Sequence record: KF787095.1
Reading direction: 5' to 3' (one strand)
DNA length: 24,000 nt
Source of the DNA: Achromobacter phage JWAlpha
Under the pieces are notes generated by a model. That model had not been told where the DNA came from, made no database searches, and worked only from the letters and a program-made list of their open reading frames with translations. Every line of letters starts with the position of its first letter. Positions within the stretch are counted from its first letter, which is position 1. Shown in pieces: positions 1-7,841 of the stretch. The translations under genes and the position numbers were made by a program.

Positions 1-1
1 T

Positions 2-940
2 GACGGTGCTGCCCCCGGCACCGATTTCGTCGTACTGGACAAGTTCAACCACCCGGACCCGGACACGCTCGGTCCCTTCGCCATATCGCACGCCATGTAC
101 TCTCACGTTCAGGACGTGATGTACCGTAAGGCTGCGATTCAGGACATGCAACGCTTGTCCATCGAATGGCCTGCCTATGTGGCCCCCACCAGCCTAACGG
201 TAACGCCGGACACTCTGGCCATCGCAGCGGGTACGGAAGGTAAGCTGGTTGTCACCAGTGCCCCTGCTGACATCAGCGATCCGCGCTTCCTGTTCATTTT
301 CGTCGGTAGCGAAAAAGTGATGAAAATCAATCCTGGAACGGGACAATGGGCTGCTGTTGGTCCCGGTAAGGGAGTTGTTCGCGTATATCACGTAAGCGGC
401 ACACTCTACAAGGATGTTTCTGTAGAGGTGGAGCAGGCTGGCGTGGTTCCCGCCACGGCTGTTGCTGTTGCTCCGGCAACTGCCAACGTCAACGTCGGTG
501 CCGCGGTTCAACTGGCAGCGAACAAGACCCCGGCCAACTCCACGGATACGGTGTACTGGTCCGCCCAGAACGCCAATGCCACCGTGGATGCCTTCGGCAA
601 GGTCACGGGCAAGGCTGTCGGTACGTGCGTCATCTCGGCCAAGACGGACTCCGGCAAGATCGGCACAGCTACCATCACGGTGAATCAACCCGTTGCCTCA
701 GTGTCCATGACTCCGGTCAACCCGACTGTTGCCGTGGGTGCCACACAGCAAATGACGGCTACCGTTCTGCCCGCCAACGCCAGCAACAAGGCTGTCACCT
801 ACACGTCCGCCACTCCGGCTGTCGCTACCGTGTCCGCCACTGGTCTGGTCACGGGTGTCGCTGCTGGCACCACGGTGATCACGGTCAAGACGACCGACGG
901 CAACAAGACCGCTACGCAGACCGTTACGGTTCCGGCGTAA
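2..940 (+). CDS. Virion/tail-like protein with tandem Ig-like (Big_2) repeats; partial, 5' end outside window
   Basis: Frame is open from base 2 through the track's ATG at 95. C-terminal repeats such as 'VAVAPATANVNVGAAVQLAANKTPANSTDTVYWSAQNANATVDAFGKVTGKAVGTCVISAKT' and 'VSMTPVNPTVAVGATQQMTATVLPANASNKAVTYTSATPAVATVSATGLVTGVAAGTTVITVKT' match the bacterial Ig-like group 2 pattern. Confidence 0.75.
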   Translation, partial: DGAAPGTDFVVLDKFNHPDPDTLGPFAISHAMYSHVQDVMYRKAAIQDMQRLSIEWPAYVAPTSLTVTPDTLAIAAGTEGKLVVTSAPADISDPRFLFIFVGSEKVMKINPGTGQWAAVGPGKGVVRVYHVSGTLYKDVSVEVEQAGVVPATAVAVAPATANVNVGAAVQLAANKTPANSTDTVYWSAQNANATVDAFGKVTGKAVGTCVISAKTDSGKIGTATITVNQPVASVSMTPVNPTVAVGATQQMTATVLPANASNKAVTYTSATPAVATVSATGLVTGVAAGTTVITVKTTDGNKTATQTVTVPA

Positions 941-980
941 GTCGTTTTGTGGGGTGAAAATCCCCATAAGACAAACCTCA

Positions 981-1005
981 AGCCCCTCTCCGGAGGGGCT
1001 TTTTG
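981..1005 (+). terminator. Rho-independent terminator
   Basis: AGCCCCTC-TCCG-GAGGGGCT (8 bp stem) followed by a T run, 41 nt after the stop of the Ig-like protein. Confidence 0.85.
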
Positions 1006-1019
1006 CATCTGGAGAGATG

Positions 1020-1232
1020 ATGATCGCTGACGAACGTACTCAGCGGAATATCGAGTCCTGCATCAAGAAGGTGCTCGAAGCTAACGGCGGATGGGTCTAC
1101 ATGGCCCGAGCCAAGCATTCCAAGAACGTCCGCGATTACATCGTGGATACCGCAGTTGCAACCATGGGCCTGATGGGCCTGAACATTGAAGTGGATGGCT
1201 ATCACAAATGCCGTCTGCGAATCAAACCCTGA
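1020..1232 (+). CDS. Hypothetical protein, about 70 aa
   Basis: ORF MIADERTQRNIESCIKKVLEANGG... The ATG at 1020 has GGAG at 1011-1014. The track start at 954 lies before the terminator and is unlikely. Confidence 0.65.
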   Translation: MIADERTQRNIESCIKKVLEANGGWVYMARAKHSKNVRDYIVDTAVATMGLMGLNIEVDGYHKCRLRIKP

Positions 1233-1247
1233 ACCAAAGGAACCAAG

Positions 1248-2018
1248 ATGAACAACGTCTCCCTGACCATGGGCTACAACAAGCAGCGTCTGTACCGCAA
1301 CATCCTGGTCGATCTCGGCCTGGAGAGCGTGGAAGCTCGTTACCAAAGCGACCACAAGACCTACCAGTTCGACCCGAAGCAGTTCGTTGCCTTCGTGGAT
1401 CGTGCACTGCGTGACACCGAAGCCGTGTTCTCCCTGCGCTCCATGGGCTTCCGCCTCGTGAACACGGTGCAGGAACCGACGCAGCAGGAATTGGACCTGA
1501 ACCAGATGAAGGAAATGTCCCGCACCGACCCGGACCAGTTCCTGTCCGAACTGATCGGCGGCATCCTGGGCGTGCCGGTACTCGTCGTCAAGGGCGAAGA
1601 AACCTGCGATTGCCCCGGCTGCACCCAAGGCATGTCCTTGGCTGAAGCCCTGCGTGCCAACTACCGTGAGACCGGTACGGTGCTGGGCAACGTCGAAACC
1701 AAGACGGAAGCTATCCTGAAAAGCGCCGCCTACAAGAACCAGAACAAGCCTTCGGACTCCGAGCTGGCCGACATGCATGAAAAGGCACTGGCCTGGGATG
1801 CGAAGATCACCGCTGCCACCGAGCAGGCACTTGACTTCTTCTACCAGCAGCTGCGTCCGGCGTCGGCCTGGGCCTGCTGGTCGTATCTGGAAAAGTGGAA
1901 AGGTCATCCGGCTTGGCTGGACTTCCGGCCCAAGAAGGAATACGCCGAAATCCCGGTGAAGGTTCTCTTCACCATGGCTCAACGCCTCCGTGCACAGATC
2001 ATGGACATGAACCCCTGA
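1248..2018 (+). CDS. Hypothetical protein, 256 aa
   Basis: Long ORF preceded by 'aaaggaaccaag'; contains a CDCPGC cysteine cluster. Confidence 0.8.
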   Translation: MNNVSLTMGYNKQRLYRNILVDLGLESVEARYQSDHKTYQFDPKQFVAFVDRALRDTEAVFSLRSMGFRLVNTVQEPTQQELDLNQMKEMSRTDPDQFLSELIGGILGVPVLVVKGEETCDCPGCTQGMSLAEALRANYRETGTVLGNVETKTEAILKSAAYKNQNKPSDSELADMHEKALAWDAKITAATEQALDFFYQQLRPASAWACWSYLEKWKGHPAWLDFRPKKEYAEIPVKVLFTMAQRLRAQIMDMNP

Positions 2019-2019
2019 C

Positions 2020-2364
2020 ATGCAGAAAGAACGCCGTATCTCCATTATCAAGAAGATCGAAAGTCGGTGCGACATTCTCCACACCGGCTACGAGATTCAA
2101 GGTAAACCCAGCCCCTGCCACTTGTGGACGGGACCGGACTCGGGTAACGGCCGAGGTGGTGGATACGGCAGGATGAGTTTGGATGGCCACACTGTGGCCG
2201 TTCATCTCGTCGCCTTCACGCACTACTACGGTTTCATTCCCGGCAACAAACAAGTGGATCACCTGTGCAACCAGAGAAAGTGCTGCAACCCGCAGCACCT
2301 GGAACTGGTGTCCCACATCACCAACCAAAGGCGGCGTGCCGCCAGAGCCAAAGGAAAGACATGA
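2020..2364 (+). CDS. HNH (HNH_3-like) endonuclease, possibly homing
   Basis: 114 aa with 'CHLWTG...GYGRMSLDG...VHLVAFTHYYGFIPGNKQVDHLCNQRKCCNPQHLELVSHITNQRR', the typical phage HNH pattern (VDHLCxxxxCxNPxHLELVxxxxN). Confidence 0.9.
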   Translation: MQKERRISIIKKIESRCDILHTGYEIQGKPSPCHLWTGPDSGNGRGGGYGRMSLDGHTVAVHLVAFTHYYGFIPGNKQVDHLCNQRKCCNPQHLELVSHITNQRRRAARAKGKT

Positions 2365-3059
2365 ACACTTCTAAGCTAAAGCCTTGTCCATTTTGTGGTG
2401 GTGAAGCCTTTTCCACTTACAAAACAGGTGATGATGATATCTGCCGTCATTCAGTTCACTGCCACAATCGCTGTGGTGCACAAACAGGAAGTAGTCTTCG
2501 GACTCACTACAGTGAAGAAGATGCTGTAAACGCATGGAATATGCGTGCTCCTGTAGCCGATGAATCACCAATGGCGAAGATGGCCGACGCACTGCGGGAG
2601 AAAGCCCGTCAAGAGCAGCAGGCTTACCAAGACAGCCGCGTCCAAAGTACGGAATGGGGGCCGATGCCGCATGGAACGGAAGCTGATCTTCCTGCAAGCG
2701 CCCCTGTAGCCGTACTGTCGGACGAGGACATTCGGGAAGTGTTCCTGGCGCACGGCTTCACCGTGAAGGAAGGGCAGACCGATTTGAAACCCTACGTCTA
2801 TGTAGCCGCCCGCGCACTGCTGGCTCAATATGCCGCACCGCAGGCCAGCGAGGCGGTACGCGATGAAAAACAACAGCATGCTCGTGCATTACGTGTGCTT
2901 GGTGGTATGTCCAACACGGCATACATGAACATTTTGCACGATCTCAAATTCCAAGATCGAAGCCTTTCTAAAGAAGAATTCGATGCCTTTGCTGACAAGC
3001 TGGCTGATCTTTTTGATCTGCCTCCTGCTCAAGCAGAACAGGAATCCTTTGGTCGATAG
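2361..3059 (+). CDS. Lar-like (restriction alleviation family) zinc-ribbon protein with C-terminal extension
   Basis: The ATG at 2361 overlaps the HNH stop (ATGA). N-terminus 'MNTSKLKPCPFCGGEAFSTYKT...CRHSVHCHNRCGAQTGSSLRTHYSEEDAVNAWNMRA' matches the CPFCGG...C..C...WN.R layout of Lar-like proteins. Confidence 0.7.
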   Translation: MNTSKLKPCPFCGGEAFSTYKTGDDDICRHSVHCHNRCGAQTGSSLRTHYSEEDAVNAWNMRAPVADESPMAKMADALREKARQEQQAYQDSRVQSTEWGPMPHGTEADLPASAPVAVLSDEDIREVFLAHGFTVKEGQTDLKPYVYVAARALLAQYAAPQASEAVRDEKQQHARALRVLGGMSNTAYMNILHDLKFQDRSLSKEEFDAFADKLADLFDLPPAQAEQESFGR

Positions 3060-3068
3060 TTCCGGTCC

Positions 3069-3088
3069 ATGCCTTGGTTCCAAGGCAT
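3069..3088. promoter_or_regulatory. Intergenic perfect inverted repeat (possible operator or terminator-like hairpin)
   Basis: ATGCCTTG-GTTC-CAAGGCAT (arms complementary out to ATGCCTTGG/CCAAGGCAT), followed by a second hairpin CAGGC-GCTTTT-GCCTG, just after the Lar-like stop. Confidence 0.45.
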
Positions 3089-3153
3089 TGGCAGGCGCTT
3101 TTGCCTGAATAACCGCCGTCGGTCGGATACCGATACCCATGAGGAAACTCAAC

Positions 3154-4068
3154 ATGAAAGCAACTCGTATTCTCTCGATGGCGGCAGCACTGGCTTTGGC
3201 CCTGTCTGCCAGTTACGCCCAAGCTGCTCCCGGCAATAACGGTGGCGGTAATGGCGGCTGTGGCAGTGGCCAACAGACCAATGGCTGCGGTGGTGGAACT
3301 ACCTCTCCGGGCAACAACACCGCCTATGGTGGTGCTGGCGGTGCCGGTGGCAACGGCACTGGTGTCGGCATCGGTATTGGCCAAGGTGGCCAAGGTGGTG
3401 CTGGTGGCAAGGGTGGTTCGGTCACTGGTTCGGGCAATTCGTCCAACCTGAACAACAACTCCAACAAGCAGAACCAAGGACAGGCACAGGGCCAGATTCA
3501 AGGCCAGGGCCAATCCCAAGTCAGCAAGAACAGCAACCGCAACTCGAACAACAATGCCAACCTGAACCGCAACGACAATCGCTCGTCTGCGAATTCGTCG
3601 GCAAACAATGCCAACAGCAACACGAACGAAGGCAACAACTCGTCCCAGTCCGTCACCGTCCAAGGTGACAGCTACGAAGCCTATCGCATCCCGGTGGCTA
3701 CGGCTTACGCTCCGAATATCGCTCCCACGGCAGTCTGCATGGGTTCGTCTTCGGGTGGTGTGCAAACGCAAATCGTCGGCGTGTCTCTCGGTACTTCCTG
3801 GACCGATGACAACTGCATGCTGTTGGAACAAGTCCGTACCGTGTCGGCTGTACTCGGTGATCGTGAAACCGTTGCTGAAATGATGTGTGACGTTGCTGCA
3901 TATGCGGCTGCTCGTGAACGTGCTGGTAAGCCTTGTGGCAATGCTGTGAAGACTGCCCAAGCTTCGACTACGACTGCTGCGGTATCGCAGCCTGTGTCGC
4001 GTTCTTCGCGTTATGAAGGCAACGATCCCATCGTTCGCAAGCGTCTGGGTCTGCCGCCGTTGAACTAA
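3154..4068 (+). CDS. Putative secreted low-complexity (Gly/Asn/Gln/Ser-rich) protein
   Basis: The ATG at 3154 has GAGGA about 8 nt upstream. Signal peptide-like MKATRILSMAAALALALSASYAQA|APG, then a long G/N/S/Q-rich tract, then a C-terminal region 'VCMGSSSGGVQTQIVGVSLGTSWTDDNCMLLEQVRTV...AEMMCDVAAYAAARERAGKPC'. Confidence 0.8.
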   Translation: MKATRILSMAAALALALSASYAQAAPGNNGGGNGGCGSGQQTNGCGGGTTSPGNNTAYGGAGGAGGNGTGVGIGIGQGGQGGAGGKGGSVTGSGNSSNLNNNSNKQNQGQAQGQIQGQGQSQVSKNSNRNSNNNANLNRNDNRSSANSSANNANSNTNEGNNSSQSVTVQGDSYEAYRIPVATAYAPNIAPTAVCMGSSSGGVQTQIVGVSLGTSWTDDNCMLLEQVRTVSAVLGDRETVAEMMCDVAAYAAARERAGKPCGNAVKTAQASTTTAAVSQPVSRSSRYEGNDPIVRKRLGLPPLN

Positions 4069-4088
4069 ACGGTATTCGCTATAAAACC

Positions 4089-4115
4089 AAAGCCGTATGG
4101 AGACATACGGCTTTT
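4089..4115 (+). terminator. Rho-independent terminator
   Basis: AAAGCCGTATG-GAGA-CATACGGCTTT followed by TT, 21 nt after the stop at 4068. Confidence 0.85.
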
Positions 4116-4132
4116 TCTCTTCTGGAACCAAA

Positions 4133-4492
4133 ATGAGCAATCACAACGACAAGCGCAGTCCCAGCACTGATGCCCTGGAAACCCTGGGCATGATTCACTT
4201 CAAGCCTGAGCATCGTGACGCCATTCATTTGGCTGTCGATGCTGTTATGGCCAGTACCCAATTGGAAATCGGCCAAAGCATCGGCATTATCAATGGCATC
4301 GCCTACCCCTCGGGTATCGGACGTGCAGCCATTGATGGTGAAGTTGGTGTGGTTCCTTACCATGGCATCGTCGATCCTTTCCTGCCCCGTGGGCCGAAGG
4401 AAGGCGAGAAGTTCTGGTTCGTGATGGCTCCCCGTATGGTGCGCAGCCTGCGCCATGTCTGGGAACACCCCGACTTCCCTGAAGGAACCTGA
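4133..4492 (+). CDS. Hypothetical protein, 119 aa
   Basis: MSNHNDKRSPSTDALETLGMIHFKPEHRD... starts right after 'tctggaaccaaa'. The track start at 4097 is inside the terminator. Confidence 0.7.
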   Translation: MSNHNDKRSPSTDALETLGMIHFKPEHRDAIHLAVDAVMASTQLEIGQSIGIINGIAYPSGIGRAAIDGEVGVVPYHGIVDPFLPRGPKEGEKFWFVMAPRMVRSLRHVWEHPDFPEGT

Positions 4493-4494
4493 CC

Positions 4495-4842
4495 ATGTGG
4501 CATGACCAATATCCCCGAAGCGAGCATCAAGCTCGCGTGCTGTTGGGTGATCCCGTGGCCTTGGCCTACGAATGGATCAGCCGCTATGCGGAGAACCTGA
4601 CGGTACAAGTTCAGAAGTACAACGAAGATGATGAGTACGGCAACAATGAGGACATCACTGCTGATGACCTCATCAGTACCGCTGACTCCCATCAAGGTGA
4701 TCGTTGGGGCGACTACATTTCCCGTGGCGGCACCTTTGAAGGTGAATCGGTTGATCCCACCTTCTGGAAACACTACGCCACCATCAAGGGTCTGGAAGTC
4801 GAAGACGTGGTTCAGAGCAGCTTCTTCTCCTGCTACTGCTGA
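4495..4842 (+). CDS. Hypothetical acidic protein, 115 aa
   Basis: Tightly spaced ORF in the + strand operon, preceded by GGAACC. Confidence 0.65.
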   Translation: MWHDQYPRSEHQARVLLGDPVALAYEWISRYAENLTVQVQKYNEDDEYGNNEDITADDLISTADSHQGDRWGDYISRGGTFEGESVDPTFWKHYATIKGLEVEDVVQSSFFSCYC

Positions 4843-4847
4843 TCATC

Positions 4848-5153
4848 ATGGACCACATCATTCCTCCCATAACAGCTGAACTGGGCAAGATGTGGGCCCA
4901 ACCCAATCGAGAAGAAATTCTGATTGGGGAGGACACCGCCGTCATGACCGAAGTTCAGTTCTATTACCTGCTGGACTACAGCAACTCCGTCCCCAGTGGT
5001 GTGTACCCCGGCAAAATGTGGCGGAGTCAACACCCCAATGGTGATTGGTATTTGTGTTGGTTTGGTGTTGTACCCGGTGATGACACTGTGTGCAGCAACA
5101 ACCACAGAAAGATCATCATTCAAGACTGGAAAGGACTCATGGGAGTGAAATGA
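4848..5153 (+). CDS. Hypothetical Trp/Tyr-rich protein, 101 aa
   Basis: ORF MDHIIPPITAELGKMWAQPNREE...GKMWRSQHPNGDWYLCWFGVVPG... Confidence 0.65.
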   Translation: MDHIIPPITAELGKMWAQPNREEILIGEDTAVMTEVQFYYLLDYSNSVPSGVYPGKMWRSQHPNGDWYLCWFGVVPGDDTVCSNNHRKIIIQDWKGLMGVK

Positions 5154-5413
5154 AAGCCATCTCTGAACCTAAGCAGGTGACTCGCACGAACGCCAATGGT
5201 CGTGACCAGACCTTCACCGAACAGTACTTCAGGGTCGAGGAAAGTGATGTTGGAAAGTTCAAGCATCACTACCTCGGCTACAACCACCGCAGTCACCGCT
5301 TTCTTGAAGAAGAAGTGGGCTGCTCAGTAGTTGTCCAGTCCGACGGAAAGGGCTGGACCTGCTGGTATTTCGGACTTAACTGGGAGAGCGAAGAATGCCG
5401 AAAGCTGCATTGA
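5150..5413 (+). CDS. Hypothetical protein, 87 aa
   Basis: The ATG at 5150 (ATGA overlap with previous stop) has GGGAG just upstream. Track start at 5090 is probably too early. Confidence 0.65.
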   Translation: MKAISEPKQVTRTNANGRDQTFTEQYFRVEESDVGKFKHHYLGYNHRSHRFLEEEVGCSVVVQSDGKGWTCWYFGLNWESEECRKLH

Positions 5414-5826
5414 AAGTGGGTGGCTGGCATGCCCCCACGCAAGAACAGAAACCGATTCACCCCGGCTGGTACGAAAGCACCACCTGGGACCCTCACCGCA
5501 AGTATGGCTTCATGCCGCCTCCGATCCGTACCTTCTGGGACGGCAAGCAGTGGCTGTGGAGTCCCCTCGGGGAAGTCTGCAAGTTCCAGAAGCGTTCCTG
5601 GCGTGGCACCACGAATCGTGAGGCACTGCCCACGACGATGACTGCCAGCAAGAACGGCAACATCGAACTGGTTCGCGTGGTTGACCGTGATGACAAGAAC
5701 GGCACCCTCGCTTACTGCGTCTTCGACAACAAGCGTCTGCGCTACCTGTTCCCGAGCAACAAGCTCGTGAAGGAAGTCCGTACTTCCAAGGAAGGCGAAG
5801 ACTTCATCAAAGGACGTATCAAGTGA
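5395..5826 (+). CDS. Hypothetical Trp-rich protein, 143 aa
   Basis: ORF with 'PGWYESTTWDPHRKYGFMPPPIRTFWDGKQWLWSPLG', slight overlap with the previous ORF. Confidence 0.65.
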   Translation: MPKAALKVGGWHAPTQEQKPIHPGWYESTTWDPHRKYGFMPPPIRTFWDGKQWLWSPLGEVCKFQKRSWRGTTNREALPTTMTASKNGNIELVRVVDRDDKNGTLAYCVFDNKRLRYLFPSNKLVKEVRTSKEGEDFIKGRIK

Positions 5827-6008
5827 ACTCCGCACAACTCCAGATCGAACTGCAACAGGCGATGAACCAGCTCAGCAAGAAGCTGCGTTCGGGGGCTACC
5901 TCCGAAGACGCCTACTTGGCTGCGTCCACTGTTGCGGATGTGGCCCGCAAGCTGAAGAACGCCGTCGGCGCTGAAGTGGTCGCCTATCAACAGGCCATGA
6001 AACGCTAA
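5823..6008 (+). CDS. Hypothetical small alpha-helical protein, 61 aa
   Basis: ORF with 4-nt overlap to previous stop; Ala/Gln/Lys-rich. Confidence 0.55.
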   Translation: MNSAQLQIELQQAMNQLSKKLRSGATSEDAYLAASTVADVARKLKNAVGAEVVAYQQAMKR

Positions 6009-6211
6009 TGCAGTACGTCAATCATTCAACCCAAGCGCTGTATCGCAAACTCCGAAAGGAGGGTGCGACAGCCCCTTCTGCCGTCGAGACGATCAAGCTT
6101 CTGCTGAATGAATCGCCGGAAACCCCCGAGCCTCCCATGGCCCATTGGGAAGTTTCGTCTGGCCCTGAAAAGGCCAAGCTTCCCTACTACCACGGCAACT
6201 GCCGCTTTTGA
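6008..6211 (+). CDS. Hypothetical protein, 67 aa
   Basis: Start overlaps the previous stop (TAATG). Confidence 0.55.
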   Translation: MQYVNHSTQALYRKLRKEGATAPSAVETIKLLLNESPETPEPPMAHWEVSSGPEKAKLPYYHGNCRF

Positions 6212-6226
6212 ACCAAGGAAACCCCA

Positions 6227-7264
6227 ATGAATTATAAGACCGCTACCTCGCGTCAGGTGCGTTCCATGATCGAACGTGCGGTGTCGTCGGGCCTCGTGCT
6301 CATGATCACCAGCAGCCCTGGCATGGGAAAGTCCGCACTCGTTCGCAGTGTGGCTGACGAGTACCGTCTTCAGGTCATCGATCATCGCCTGTCCACTTCC
6401 GCCCCGGAAGACTTGACCGGCCTGCCGTTCCGTCGTGCCGATGGCCGTGCTGAATTCGCTCCCTTCGGCGACCTGTTCCCGTTGGAAGGCGATCCGCTGC
6501 CCGAAGGCAAGGACGGCTGGATTCTGTTCCTGGACGAACTGAACTCCGCTTCCAAGTCGGTCATGGCCGCAGCCTACAAGCTGATCCTGGATCGCATGGT
6601 CGGCCAGCACAAGCTGCACCCCAAGGTCGCCATCGTTGCCGCAGGCAACAAGATGACCGACCGGGCCATCGTCAACAACATGGGTACTGCGTTGCAGTCC
6701 CGTATCGTCCACGTCGAACTCGAACTGAACCACAAGGTCTGGCTCGAAGACGTGGCCCTGCCCCAAGCCTGGGACAGCCGTGTCGTCGCCTATCTGGGTA
6801 CGTATCCGTCCAAGCTGTCGGACTTCGACCCCGAGCACAAGGACCGCACGTTCTGCTGCCCCCGCACCTGGGACATGGTGAACAAGTACCTGAAGACCCG
6901 TGAAGGCAAGCTGGACGATGTGGATCGCATCTTCATCTCCGGCACCATCTCGGCTGAAGAAGGCGTCAGCTTCGTGCAGTACTGCAAGGTCTTCGACACG
7001 ATGGTGAAGGTCTCCGACATCATCGCCAAGCCGGAAACCGCACCGCTGCCTGCCGACAACCCCACGTTGTGGGCTGTCACGATGGCACTGACCGAGGCCG
7101 TGAACAAGTCGAACTACGACGAGATCATGACCTATGTCGAGCGCATGGACTTCGGCTTCCAACTGGTGTTCTCGCGTTCCGCGATGGCCACCAAGTCGGC
7201 CGAACTGCGTCACCTGCCCCGCTTCGCTGAAGCGGCCATCAAAGTCTCCAAGTATCTGGTGTAA
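6227..7264 (+). CDS. MoxR-like AAA+ ATPase
   Basis: 345 aa. Walker A 'ITSSPGMGKSALVRSVADEY', Walker B 'GWILFLDELNSASKSVMAAAYKLILD', sensor-like 'KVAIVAAGNKMTDRAIVNNMGTALQSRIVHVEL'. Confidence 0.9.
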   Translation: MNYKTATSRQVRSMIERAVSSGLVLMITSSPGMGKSALVRSVADEYRLQVIDHRLSTSAPEDLTGLPFRRADGRAEFAPFGDLFPLEGDPLPEGKDGWILFLDELNSASKSVMAAAYKLILDRMVGQHKLHPKVAIVAAGNKMTDRAIVNNMGTALQSRIVHVELELNHKVWLEDVALPQAWDSRVVAYLGTYPSKLSDFDPEHKDRTFCCPRTWDMVNKYLKTREGKLDDVDRIFISGTISAEEGVSFVQYCKVFDTMVKVSDIIAKPETAPLPADNPTLWAVTMALTEAVNKSNYDEIMTYVERMDFGFQLVFSRSAMATKSAELRHLPRFAEAAIKVSKYLV

Positions 7265-7267
7265 GCG

Positions 7268-7459
7268 ATGGGAAATCTCCAAGAAGCCATTACCCCTGTG
7301 AACAAGCGTATGGCCGGTGGCGTCCAATGGATCGCCGTCTTCGGTGAACGCAAGGCTGTCTTGTGGGGCAAGACGGAGAAGCAAGCTCTCCAAGCTGCCC
7401 ACGAGTATTTCAAACCCAAGAAGGGTGAACGCGATCTCGTCGCTGTCGCCCTCATCTGA
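7268..7459 (+). CDS. Hypothetical protein, 63 aa, between MoxR and VWA genes
   Basis: ORF immediately after the MoxR stop: MGNLQEAITPVNKRMAGGVQWIAVFGERKAVLWGKTEKQALQAAHEYFKPKKG... Confidence 0.6.
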   Translation: MGNLQEAITPVNKRMAGGVQWIAVFGERKAVLWGKTEKQALQAAHEYFKPKKGERDLVAVALI

Positions 7460-7472
7460 CAGAGAGGGACCA

Positions 7473-7841
7473 ATGACTGACTTCTGGTATCGCTACGAGG
7501 ATTACCGAGAGGGAATCACGAGCACGGATTACAACGGAGAAGTCGAGGTCATTGGTTCCCGTACTGTTCTCCGCTGCCGCAAGTTCGAGGTAGATCGCTA
7601 TACGCCCAAGGGTGTGTGGCTCCGCCGTCCCTTCGATACGCAACGCTTTGTGTTGAACGAGGGACACAAGAAATACGCCCATGCGACCGAGGAAGAAGCT
7701 CTGCATTCTTTCTTGGCTCGCAAGCAACGTCATCTCAGCATCCTCAACAGCCAGTGTGATCACGTCACGCGGGCGATGATGCTGGCACAACAGAAATTGA
7801 ACCAAGGAAAGACATGTCCGTCGATCTTACCCGTGAGCTAG
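7473..7841 (+). CDS. Hypothetical protein, about 122 aa
   Basis: ATG at 7473 preceded by AGAGAGGGACCA; MTDFWYRYEDYREGITSTDYNGEVEVIGSRTVL... Confidence 0.65.
   Translation: MTDFWYRYEDYREGITSTDYNGEVEVIGSRTVLRCRKFEVDRYTPKGVWLRRPFDTQRFVLNEGHKKYAHATEEEALHSFLARKQRHLSILNSQCDHVTRAMMLAQQKLNQGKTCPSILPVS

Noticed and set aside
625-957. + strand ORF 625..957 within the Ig-like region
   Set aside because: Alternate-frame Arg/Cys-rich translation of a clearly coding sequence; no start context.
978-2084. 368-aa minus-strand ORF
   Set aside because: Antisense to a well-spaced + strand ORF and spanning a terminator. Its His-rich translation is typical of antisense reading.
2968-4140. Long minus-strand ORF (390 aa) opposite the secreted-protein gene
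   Set aside because: Antisense shadow ORF in GC-biased sequence. The + strand ORF has a signal peptide, RBS and terminator, and no recognisable motif appears on the minus strand.
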